Below the pieces are notes generated by a model that saw only the letters and a program-made list of their open reading frames with translations, was not told the origin of the DNA and searched no databases. A stretch of 38,149 bases of DNA, taken from assembly GCA_009602735.1 (NCBI GenBank), contig WELA01000919.1, positions 41,377-79,525 of the forward strand, in the 5' to 3' direction. The position numbers were made by a program, and so were the translations under genes. Position 1 is the stretch's first letter; the number at the start of each line of letters is the position of its first letter. Positions 1-10,712 of the stretch are shown in pieces. Origin of the DNA: Mesotaenium endlicherianum (lineage: Eukaryota).

Positions 1-49
<49 letters not shown>
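1..49. repeat. (GA)n microsatellite
   Basis: Direct reading. Confidence 0.95.
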
Positions 50-50
<1 letters not shown>

Positions 51-802
51 CCCACACACACAAGTGCATTCGAGCAGGCTACATTCACGTATACTAAAGG
101 TATTAATTAAGCTTTTGATATGTTGCAAGTGAGAGTGGGGGATGGAGAGGGCTTAAGCAGCACCAAGGCAATTGCAACATTGCTGGAACCTGACGCCGTT
201 ACTCTTTACGACACATGCAGCTTGCCTCCAACATTTTGTTCAATGAAGTTACTGCATGAGGAGGGGGGTGGAGGTGAGATCACATAAAGGAAACACCTTG
301 AGTGGTCACAGTATCTATTTCATTATACCACTCATCGATGAGCACTCACTACCAATAGATGCAGTGCAGGATGTACAGGCCTACAGACACAAGCAACTAA
401 GCCCCGCTATACACCCTTTCTCTCTATCATGCATCTCAATGTGGATATTGCCCTTGCCCCATGAGCCCACCCAATATGCAGGAACTACTTTTGGAATCTC
501 AATGCCGTGACGAAGCTAACAGTTGTTGATAACCTACCCCGCATAAGCTACTCCTTGACGTGAATGGATCGAGGAAGAGACGGGTGGAAGGGGAGGAATC
601 TCAAGAGTGGAGCACTTACTAAAATTATCTAAAGAGAACCGTCTCCGCCCTGCCAATTTGCCACATTCTCCACCCTGCCACCTCTTGCTTCATATGTGAG
701 ACTTACTAAGTTTGTAGGCACTCATCGGGTAGTAACGTCTGAGAAATGTTCTTTGGAGACGCACTCCTACTGCATGTTATATCATTGTGTCATCTTGTGC
801 AG

Positions 803-846
803 GCGATGTGAGCGACATTGAAGAGCGTTGGCTCAATGTGCGGTAG
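803..846 (+). CDS. Possible terminal coding exon of an upstream gene (..DVSDIEERWLNVR*)
   Basis: Acceptor cttgtgcag at 802 followed by a short protein-like frame ending in TAG; family not recognised. Confidence 0.25.
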
Positions 847-2383
847 ATCTTCTACCGGCAAGCAATGTCCGCCTAAACCGAGGCACGGGCGATCATAATG
901 GCGTGAGAATCGTATGCAGGTACTACGGCACTTCTGGTCAGTGTGTGGTCCATTTTGACCCCGCCAGGACGAGGACCAGAGCCGGCAGAGTCGAGGAAGT
1001 GCATGCAGCAAGTCTTGCGCGAACTTTCGAGAGGCTCCCGTTTAATTAGGGGCAACAATACTCGAGGGAGGTCGCCTGAGCCAGGCCTGAGCTGCTAACC
1101 ACGCCTACTACACGTCTATTTCACGCCTACGTCCAGCTTATGTGTCTCCCGACGTCCCACAATGACCCTTAATGTCCAGCCCATTATGCCACCGATGTCA
1201 CTGTGTGGAACAGCATATCGAAGCCGTCAAGTACGAACGTACTTCATTCTTTTCCGACTCACATGAGATCCGCGGACCGTCGCGGCTTTTGGCGTCGGCA
1301 AGAAACTGCAGAATTGTCGCGAAACCACTAAAAGGAAAATCTGCCAGAATGTCCCGAACACCCCAGACTTCAGGAAAGTCCCAGGGCATGCACGCGTGAT
1401 TGATGCAGCTGGACGGGGACAGGCTGGGACGGTTGGAGCCTGGCTTGAGCCAGAGACGTCATGACAATTGAGATTTCGCGAACTGAAGCCCTTACTGGGA
1501 GTGCTCTAGAGCACTGTGGAGCACTGGAGTTGTGTGGAGTCCGTGATTATTCCGGAAGACTTTTGTATACCAATAAAAACAGACATGGCTATACAAGTTT
1601 CAGTCGGCCGTCTTAGTCAAGTACCTGACTTAGAATAGAGTGTATATGCTGCATGCATCGTGTTAAAAGGGGGCGAATATATGTTGCGCTAAATTCTGTA
1701 TGTAACAAAAGCGTTTCGGTTAGTTTGAGCGCCAAGGCCTGTGCATACTCCACTTTTATCATCAAGTAGTTATACAGGTTTTGCCTTGAAGGAGCTATTT
1801 CCTTCTAGGTACATATCCACGGTATATTTGCTCATACCATGCAAGAAGGATGACACTGTCGAGAGTATTGGGAGGTGGCTCTCATTCCTTCTTTGTGTGA
1901 ATATGTTGGTCATGGTCATTTTTATATTTGCTCAATTTTGATTCGATTCATGCTGTCTAGTTATGGATTTCCCGCAGTCAATGACAAGTTTTATCGGGAA
2001 AACCTTGAAGGTCCATGCCATAGAAGTATCGGTTGAAAAATCTGTGCAAGAGGTTGTTGAATCATAATATGCTGAAAAGTATCTATACTGATGCAATATC
2101 GCCTCAATACTGCTCAAATTGCGGAACACAATATGCAGCCCGGTGAGGGTGCTGTAACTTCCTTTGATCTGCTCTTGGTGATATCATGACAGGCATTAGC
2201 TGTGATGTATTGGACGCCCTGCTGTTCTGCATGTTTAGTAAGCTTGCAATAAATGTGATGAAGAGAAAATTAGGGATGCCTACGCGTGCATATATATGGA
2301 CAAGAATTATATATAATTTAATGCATTTGCGGTTTTTTTACTTTGCAGATTATTGACCTTTGGCTTGAAGTTGCAACTCTACA

Positions 2384-3019
2384 ATGGGTGGTGGTTCCCC
2401 TGCTCGCATCATTTGTGAACAATGTTTGGCCACTATTGCCTTGAAGGAGCATGTCCTCATTATGGGTGAAGGAAATACGAGGCATGTCTGCCTTGATACT
2501 AAAGCATTGAACTGCTTTGGTCTCAGCATTCGGCCAGTTCCAATGCCTGAGGCTACCAGTTCGTCAAGCACCAGCTTGTCCTCGTCAGCCAGCATCCTGC
2601 GCAGTCCGGTAGTGAAGGAGAAGCTGCACTGCTGTAACATGCACCCTGTTGGCAGCCGTGTGGTGGAGCTGCAGAGGCTAGGAGCGCCATCTGATCTTTT
2701 TCTGGATGGCAAGTGCACAGCCTTCATGGAGTGCAAGGGGGGGAGGAAAGTAAGAGTTCAAACTTGGAAATTTAGCCAGAATTTTGCTGTTATCATTCCA
2801 TTGGGTCAAGAAAGTCTACTAGGAAGACCTGACAACCGCCATCAGGATGACCACTGGGGTGGCTGGGTTCCTCCTTCAGGGAGTGGAAAGGGTGGTGCTT
2901 CAAAGGCACCATATGTCTCTCCTCAAGAAGGTGGGGATGGCATGAGAGGTCCTGTGCCTCCAATGGCTTCTCAGGTGCAGAAATTTGGTGACAGAGCACG
3001 GGCAGATCTTCTTAACATG
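2384..3019 (+). CDS. ZNFX1: ZNFX1-like coding exon 1: putative RIG-I C-terminal-domain-like (beta-tent, Zn) module plus Gly/Pro-rich linker
   Basis: Acceptor ctttgcag at 2348 (5'UTR intron); ATG 2384 is preceded by in-frame stops; strong donor ATG|GTAGGT at 3020, phase 0, matching acceptor CAG|GCA at 3599/3600. Motifs IICEQC...RHV...KLHCCNMHPVG...QTWK. Confidence 0.6.
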
Positions 3020-6000
3020 GTAGGTTCCTTCCTTTACTCCTTGGAGCATCCTGCTTGCTAACCATGTGAAGGCTCTCTGTAAGGCTGGCTGCTCCTTTGC
3101 TGGTCTATTATTGTACTCAGTCACTGAAGGTTACTGCAGGTTATACTAATACCCTTTCTATATGTTTCTGCGAGCTTTTTTTCTTCTTTGCTGAATGACA
3201 CAGCAGGCTTATGTAAATCCTTCCATTGCTGAAGGCCTCTAGTGGCTGTATGCCTTTTTGTGCTGAAGGTAATTGCAGGCTAACTCCTCTTTCTGAAGGT
3301 CACTGCAGGCTTAACTCCTCTTGTGGAGGTCAAATGATTTTGTCCCCATGTCTTGCTGATGACACAATGCTAACATTCTTCTGTTTTGTGACGGGTGGAC
3401 TGAGACTGCTTTGTGCTGGCTTGGGTTTGAATCTGGACGTTTGAAGCCTGAAATCCAAAATGCATCCCGTGGGTGAAACTGATGGTGACTATGGCGTGGA
3501 GGTACAAGTCAACACAAAATATTGAGACCATGTGCAAGGCTTTAATAGATTATTCACAAGAATCTTCTTTTGCCGCTTGTTGCTGATGTGTTGGCTCAGG
3601 CAGGCCTGCCAGCTGAGAAGGTGATGCGCGTGAAGCTGCAGTGGGGTGAGAGCACAAAGATGGCGACTGTTAGCCAGCAACCTACCTTCAGCGAGATATG
3701 CCAGGTGGCATCCCGAGTTCACCTGGAGCTTGTCAACAGAAGCTCGCTGGACTTCAGCATCAAGTACATTGATACAGATGGCGATGAGATGACTGTTGAC
3801 TCTGATGACACCCTGGGACTTGCTTCCTCTTCCTGTGCGCCCGGTACTGTCCTGAAGCTGAAGGTGGAGCTATCAGCAGCAGCAGAAGCAGCTGCCGCTG
3901 CAGCAGCCGTGGGATCATCAGCAGCAGCAGGAGCTCCAGATGGTCTTACTACCTCCGCAAGAGGTGCCAAACGTGGCGCAGGAACAGGAAACTCTAGCAG
4001 AGCTACAGGATCAGTGGGAGGACGAGATGCTCAGGCAGGAGAGCCTTCTCCGGCGTCAGCAAGGCCTGTCTGTTGCTTCTTTCTTCGAGGAGACGGCTGC
4101 AGGTCTGGCAGCAGGTGCCAATTCTCGCACACAATGCCACCTGGCGCTGGAGGCCGAGGTCAGCCTCGTTCGTTTGTCCAGCCCGAGAGGCCACCTGGCT
4201 TCACGAGCGAGCGCAACCTGGAGAGCTGGCTGCAGAGGCGGATGGAGAGCCCGGCAGCGGACCTCATCCCCACCCTCAGCGATGCGCAGGGCCTTGGCCT
4301 CCTGGGCGACATCATATCTCGCCCCGCGCTGTCGCAGCCACAGGCAGACGTGCTGGTGCGCGTGCTGGCGCGCGACGAGATGCGCAGCAGCATGCTGCGC
4401 GAGAGCACCAACCGCGTGTAGGGCCTGCTGCTGGGCTCACCCTTCCTGGCGCGCCTGCACGCTTATGTGCAGGGCCTCCGCCTCAATGTGGTGCAGCCAG
4501 ACAGCGCCCTACTGCCGTACGTGAAGCTATGTGAGGAGATCCAGTCACGCTCCGCTGACGGCTGGCGGGAGGTGCCGCTGGACGCTCTCAAGGGGCGCAT
4601 TGAGGAGCTGCCAGACGAGTGCACGCCAAAACAATCCTTGCTGGCTGACATCCGGCGGCTGTTTGACCAACGAGCGCGCCTCAGAGTTACTTCTACCACG
4701 CATGGACCCCCCGAGCCGGGATTGGTGGTGAGCAGTCGAGCATTCAACTTTCAAGGCTGAATATTTGATCCTAACTTGGCCAAGATATGCCTGCTTCTAG
4801 TGAAGCTCTTTTCCTTCAGCTAAAGAGCAGGTCGGAGTCTGACATCCGACAGATTTCACTGCCAAAGGGAGACCTCAAGGCTCGGATCTTCCAGTCCCCT
4901 GCAGTCCCAGCTTACCCCCGCCTGACACTAACTTATATGGGAAGTGGCTCGCGTGTGTTACTTTCAATCGGTTGGCGCAGGGCGAAGCATTCCGCGTGCA
5001 ATCCATCGTGCCCAGCGTGCAAGAGATGCACCAAGTGGAGGCGCGCAACCTGCCCCACAACCACACGGCGGTGCCCTACCAGAACGTGCAGCAGTACCTC
5101 GAGACACACTTCCAGCTGCTGCGCGAGGACTGCATGCAACCCCTAAAGGTGGGTATCCGCCAGTACCGCAACGACACCGGCGGCAAGAAGAGGTCCCATG
5201 ATGTTCGCGTCTACAAGGATGTAATTGTTGCTGGCCTGCGCTGCGGCCGCGTCGGCATCGAATACCGCCTGGGCTTTCACGTTGACTCTGGTCAACGCGT
5301 CAACTGGGAGGTCAGCAAGCGGCTCATGCTGGGCGCGCTGCTGTGCATCTCTGCCGACAACTTTGAGACGGTGCAGTTTGCCGTGGTTGCAAAGTGGACT
5401 GTCGAGGACCTCTCCAGGGGTTTCATCGATGTGCGCATGATAGAAGAGGAGGGCGCGGGCGAGAAGAAGGGGCTATGTGCAGACCGGGGGTACGTGATGG
5501 CGGAGTCGACAGCGTCATACTTTGAGGCGTACTTGCACGTGCTCCGCAGCCTGCAACGGCCCGACATGGAGCACATCCCTTTCCAACCTCAGCTCATCCA
5601 CCTGGAGGCCCAGGTGGCGCCCCCCAGCTACCTTCGAAACAGGGGGCGGCGCGACGAGTATGACTTCTCGTGCGTCTTTCCTGGCATCCGCAAAGACCTG
5701 GGCACGTCAAGGGTCCGCATCCTGCAGGAGTGGCCAGAGTGGACGTCGACTCTGGACCGCAGCCAGAAGGAGGCACTGAGGCGCGCCCTGACCAAGGAGC
5801 TGGCGCTCATTCAGGGGCCGCCTGGCACCGGCAAGACGTTTGTGGGCCTGTTGGCCATGAAGCTGCTCCTCGCCAACGTCAGCAGAGCCTCAGGCACGCG
5901 GCTGCGGGGGCTGCTGGCTGCGCAACTGGGGGATGACTACTTGGACGCCGAGGAGGTGGGAATAGGAGGAGGAGGCAGCACAGGGGGTGGAGCGGCTACT

Positions 6001-9000
6001 GGCCCCATTCTGGTGGTGTGCTACACCAATCACGCGCTAGACCAGTTTCTAGAGGGCATCCTGGAGTACGAGAAGAGCATCGTGCGCATTGGCGGGAGCT
6101 GCAAGAGCGAGGCGCTCAAGCGCCACAATCTCCAGGATCTTGTCTTCCAGCAGCGCGAGGCCAGGGAGAACGAGCGCGCGCACCAGAGGGCCGCGTGGGA
6201 GGCCAGGAGCAGGAGCAAGGAGCTTGAGGCCAAGATCGTCCGGTACATTGACCGGCTGAGCCAAGAAACCGTTACACCAGAGTCCCTCGAGGGGGTCGCA
6301 ACAGAGGACCAGATCTACAGCCTCTTCTGCGGCGATGTGTTTGACGGCCCGCCTGCGGCGTACAAGGCACGTGCAGCACAGTACGTGAACACCTGGCTGA
6401 ATGAGCACCGCCACCTGCGCCAGGTGGCGCAGGCCAACGCGCAAGCTGCACTTGCCCGGCAGGACGCTCAATGGGGCCATCAGGAAAATATGTTCGAAGC
6501 GCTGAATCATCAAGCAGGTGCTGGGGCCCGAGGGTGGGTTGAGATTGAGGTAGCCGACAATGATGGCGACGACGACAATGGCGGAGAAGGCTCTGTGGGA
6601 GATGCGGACGAAGTGAGGGAGCTGGAAGCCGACAGGCAGGAGGGCCTGGCAGGAGGCAGGCGGCCTGAACCGGAGATGCATCTGCTGCAGAGGCCTCTCA
6701 ACGACGCTCTCCTGGTGCCACCACCTCCTCCTCACCCTGCCCCCCAGGCCCACGCCCGCGACCCACAGGCAACCGCCAGGGAAGAGCAGCGACAGCTGCA
6801 GCTGCAGGCTGCTCTCAGAAGGCAGGGGGGCGGACAAGAGGCTAAAGTGGACGATGAGGGCTTTCAGGAGGTGCGGAACAACCGGCGCAGAGGGCGGCAC
6901 CAGCAACAGACGGCAGTGCCGGTGGTGGCCAGGGAGCCGGAGTTTGAGGACGACGAAGAGGAGGAAGAGGACGAGGAGTGGGCTCAGGAGCTGGGGCAGG
7001 AGGAGGTGCAGCTGGACGACGTGGTGGACCATCCCAACGTGTGGGCGCTGCCGGAGCGCGCGCGCGCCGTGCTGCACCAGTACTGGCTCACGGAGATTCG
7101 CTTGATGGCGAGCAACCGGCTCAAGGCCATCAACGAGGAGTACAGCGAGGCGCGACGCCAGGTGGCGGAGGTGGAGAACGAGATCCAGCTGAGCCTCCTG
7201 CGAGAGAGCCGCGTGGTTGGCACGACCACCACGGCCGCCGCCCGCTACCACGACCTGCTCATCGGACTCAGGGTACTACTCAGCTAATAAATTTATGTCG
7301 ATGGCCTTTTGTACAGTGACTTTTTTGTCTCCCATTCATTTTCTGGTCTCCCTGCACATTGCTTAAAATGTTCCTGAAGCTACTGAATATTCTGTATTTA
7401 CTCGTCATTTCCTGCCTGTGCGTGTGCATGTGCCTGTGTGAGCCTGAGTTCTTTTAGCATCTCCATGCATCATTCACTTCATGCATTACGAGACACAACA
7501 TTCCTCCTGTCTTCTCGTTGCGGGCCTCCCTCCCCCTGCGTCGTGCTCTCTGAGAGGCGGCAGCCAGAGATCATCGTGGTGGAGGAGGCGGCGGAGGTGC
7601 TGGAGTCACACATCCTGGCGTGCCTCACGCCCACCACGCAGCACCTCATCCTCATCGGCGACCACCAGCAGCTGCGCCCCTCGGTGGCCGTGTACGCGCT
7701 CGCCAAGAAGCACGGCCTGGACGTGTCCATGTTCGAGCGCCTGATGGCCAACGGCGTGGAGGGCACCACGCTGAGCGTGCAGCACCGCATGCGCCCGGCC
7801 ATCGCGCGCCTGGTGGCGCCCATCATCTACCCGCTCCTCCAGAACCACACGGACGTGCGCTCGTACCCGGAGATCAGAGGGGTCACGCGCAGCCTGTGCT
7901 TCCTGGACCACAGGGTGCCGGAGAACCACGACGGCGAGCTGGGCAGCAAGGTCAACGCCCACGAGGTGCGGCTCTGCGTGGAGCTGTGCGCCTACTTCCT
8001 CAAGCAGGGCTATGAGAACAGCCAAGTGGTGATCCTCACCATGTACACCGGGCAGCTCCTGGAGATAAAGCGCCTCCTCCGTGCCAAGCTCACGCGCGAC
8101 GAGCCGTGGGGGCAGGAGATGTTCCATAAGCAGCAGCAGCAGAGGCTGCCGCGCGTGAGCAGCGTGGACAACTACCAGGGGGAGGAGTGCGACATCATCA
8201 TCCTGTCGCTGGTGAGGAGCAACAACCTGGAAAGTCACGACGGTCCCGGCAAGATCGGGTTCCTGGGTGTGGCCAACCGCGTGTGCGTGGCGCTCTCGCG
8301 CGCGCGCATGGGGCTCTTCATGCTCGGCAACGCGCAGCTGCTGGCCGCCAAGAGCCCGCAGCTGTGGGGCCGCGTCCTGCGAGAGCTGCGGGAGCAGGGC
8401 TGCGTGGCGCCCTCCATCACGCTGCGCTGCCAGAACCACGAGGACACGCTCACCGAGGTGTCGGAATCCGCCCACTTCAAGGTGGTGGAGGACGGCGGGT
8501 GCAGCAAGCCCTGCGAGTTCCAGCTGGACTGCGGCCATGCGTGCCCCAGGCGGTGCCACCCGGGGGGCCACAATGACGTCGCCTGCTTCAAGGAGTGCAA
8601 GCGCGAGCTGCCCGCATGCCAGCACCTGTGCAACGCGCGCTGCCACGGGCTGGAGGAAGGCTGCCCGCCGTGCGCTCGCCGCGTGCAGAAGACGATGCCC
8701 GAGTGCGGCCACGTGCAGACCATGGCGTGCTCGGCTATGCCGGAGGACCACCGATGCGCCGCAAAGTGTGCCAAGGTCCTTGCCTGCGGTCACGCCTGCG
8801 ACCGGCAGTGTTTCCAGCTGTGCACAGAGCGCTGCCCCGTACTGGTGGACAAGGCCATGCCGTGTGGCCACCGCGCGCTCATGCCCTGCTCTCATGCGCC
8901 GGAGGATTTCCTCTGCCAGGTGCCGTGCAGGGAGAAGTTGGCGGACTGCGGGCACGAGTGCGTGGGCACGTGCGGCGCGTGCAAGCAGGGCACTCAGCAC

Positions 9001-10712
9001 GTGCCGTGCCAGCAGGCCTGCCAGAGCATCCTGCCCTGCGGCGATGCATGCATGGAGAAGTGTGCAAGCTTCTGCCCGCCCTGCTGGCGCAGGTGCCAGA
9101 GCCGCTGCCGGCACGCCAGGTGCCGGCGCAAGTGCGGTGAGCCGTGCCTGCCCTGCAGGGAGCCGTGCTCGTGGCGGTGCGCTCACTTTACGTGCGAGCA
9201 CCTCTGCCACGAGGCCTGCACGCGGCCGCGCTGCGACGCGCCGTGCACGCGGCGCCTGCGCTGCGGCCACCCCTGCATCGGGCTGTGTGGGGAAATGTGC
9301 CCTACCAAGTGCCGTACATGCCACCCGGATGTGACCGACACCATCTCCCTGCTGACACTTGGCGAGGCGGAGGCGGACGACCGGTTTGTTCAGCTGGAGG
9401 ACTGCGGCCACTTGTTTGAGGTCTCGGGCCTCGACCAGTGGATGGACATGCCAGAGACAGCTGGCACCTTGGATGCTGCAGTGGACGGCGGCGCAGCCAA
9501 CATTGCAGTCAAGCTCAAGGAGTGGTATTGTCTAGCAGCAAAGCTCATGGCACAAGCTGTTTGTTCAGTTCCTTCTTTTTCTGCTCTTTTGCCCCATGCC
9601 AGGATTAGAGGAGATCATTCTGTGACAAGTGTCAGCCCCTGGCATGCAGGGGAGAGGTATGAGCCTGGACAGCGGGAATTTGCAGCGTGCACTGTGTGCG
9701 TCCAGAGTGATAATTGTGGAGTTTGGTGCAGCCTAAGGGACCCATGTGCTGGCTCCTCTTTTGACAACCTGTGTGCAACTGTCTTACATTTTGCCTAAAG
9801 TGCTGCTGTTGAACTTTGATACATCCTAGAAAAGCCTTGGTGGCTTCCCCGCTGACGTCCTAAATATGTGCCCGTCTTCCTGCTTGTGGACGAGCAACGA
9901 GTAGCCCCGCGTGCCGAACGGCCATTAGGAGGACGGGGCGCTACTCCAACGTTGTCAAGGAACGCGTCAGGCGGCTGGAGGCCGTGAAGGCCCATGTCAA
10001 TGGCTTCGCCGCAGTCAACAGAGGCAACGAGCTCCTTGCAGAGGGCAACCCCAGCCTGGCGGAGCGGAGCTTCCGGCAGGCGCTGCGGTGCAACCCGCGC
10101 CTCGCGGCCGCCAACCACGGCCTGGGGCGCGCCCTCACTGGCCGGAAGCACCACCAGGAAGGGCTCCCGCATTTCTACGCCGTTGCCCGCAGCAGCCCCC
10201 TGAGAGACGTCATCCCTGCGGGCCTGGAGGCCATCGTGAGGGGGGAGGGGCGCCCGGGCGCGACGCCAGCTGGCAATTTACCCGCCTCGGGGCCTGCCGA
10301 CGCGGCCCTGGGAATCGAGGCGCTGCTTCTAATGGCGGAGTCAATTCCGCGTGTCAGAGCGGAGATGTTTGCGGAAGTGATCAAAATCTGCGATGCGGTT
10401 CTGAGTGTGAGGCCGGACAACCTTCAGGCCCAGGTGATAAAGACGCGAGCAGAGCACGGGGAGCGGGCGCAGGTTGTGCAGGCGATGGCGCTAGAAGTGG
10501 GCGGAAAGGGGCACTGGTACGAGTGCCCCAACGGCCACTTCTACACCATTGGCGAATGCGGGGGTGCCATGGAAAGGTCGCACTGCCCCGATTGCGGGGC
10601 TGTTGTGGGGGGGGAGCGCCATGCCATTGTCGCCGGAAACCGGCACTCTACAATCGATGGCAGCGCTGCCCCCGCCTGGGGTAACCACATTGGCCTGGGA
10701 GCTTTTGCATAG
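2384..10712 (+). CDS. ZNFX1: ZNFX1-like (NFX1-type zinc finger) SF1/UPF1-like RNA helicase and putative E3 ligase with extra N-terminal RLR-CTD-like, PB1 and CCCH domains; one internal TAG (possible nonsense allele or pseudogene)
   Basis: Exons 2384-3019, 3600-4727, 4981-7272, 7564-9524, 9905-10712 join in frame through GT..AG introns (6825 nt, ~2274 aa). ZNFX1 signature YLETHFQLLREDC, SKRLMLGALLCISADNFET, Walker A QGPPGTGKT, CYTNHALDQFLE, EEAAE, LIGDHQQLRP, SMFERL, QHRMRP, VDNYQGEECD, NRVCVALSRAR, repeated CGHxC NF-X1 fingers, and C-terminal RZ finger WYECPNGHFYTIGECGGAMERSHCPDCGAVVGG. Confidence 0.9.
3120..3385 (+). repeat. Degenerate ~32-bp tandem repeat in ZNFX1 intron
   Basis: Recurrent ctgaagg..(a)ctgcaggct(t)aactcctct units, best at 3262-3325. 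Confidence 0.6.
3600..4727 (+). CDS. ZNFX1: ZNFX1-like exon 2: PB1 domain (3624-3872), CCCH zinc finger (4071-4130), ZNFX1 N-terminal helical region; in-frame TAG at 4419-4421
   Basis: MRVKLQWG...IKYIDTDGDEMTVDSDD...LKLKVEL (PB1 conserved Lys and acidic OPCA motif); C-x8-C-x5-C-x3-H finger. ORFs 3570-4421 and 4467-4760 are the same frame. Donor GTG|GTGAGC at 4728, phase 0. Confidence 0.75.
4981..7272 (+). CDS. ZNFX1: ZNFX1-like exon 3: SF1 helicase N-terminal half (Walker A 5812-5838) with long acidic insertion
   Basis: Acceptor ggcgcag|GGC at 4980/4981; donor AGG|GTACTA at 7273; helicase motifs visible in ORF 4972-7287. Confidence 0.92.
7564..9524 (+). CDS. ZNFX1: ZNFX1-like exon 4: helicase motifs II-VI, NF-X1 zinc-finger array, first part of RING-like domain
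   Basis: Acceptor cggcag|CCA gives LR|PEIIVVEEAAEV; donor TG|GTATTG at 9525, phase 2. Confidence 0.92.
9905..10712 (+). CDS. ZNFX1: ZNFX1-like exon 5: end of RING-like domain (KECPACR), TPR-like helices, RZ finger (~10509-10625)
   Basis: Acceptor gagtag|C restores KE-C-PACRTAIRRTGRYSNVVK; stop TAG 10710-10712. Confidence 0.88.

Noticed and set aside
1500..1515. 16-bp perfect palindrome AGTGCTCTAGAGCACT (and small hairpin at 841-857)
   Set aside because: Isolated, with no supporting context to assign a function.
2254..2348. C/D-box snoRNA (GTGATGA box C)
   Set aside because: No D box (CTGA) or terminal stem at a suitable distance.
2384..4200. Lower GC3 of the ZNFX1 N-terminal exons as evidence of foreign origin
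   Set aside because: First exons of BUB3 and the SDR gene show the same 5' low-GC trend.
4419..4421. Genome-wide TAG reassignment (alternative genetic code)
   Set aside because: TAG is the normal terminator of ZNFX1, the SDR gene and BUB3 in this window, and no other in-frame TAG occurs in the reconstructed exons.
6049..9411. Long antisense ORFs (400 aa and 601 aa) and alternative-frame ORFs over ZNFX1
   Set aside because: Expected shadow ORFs of high-GC3 coding sequence; no recognisable motifs.
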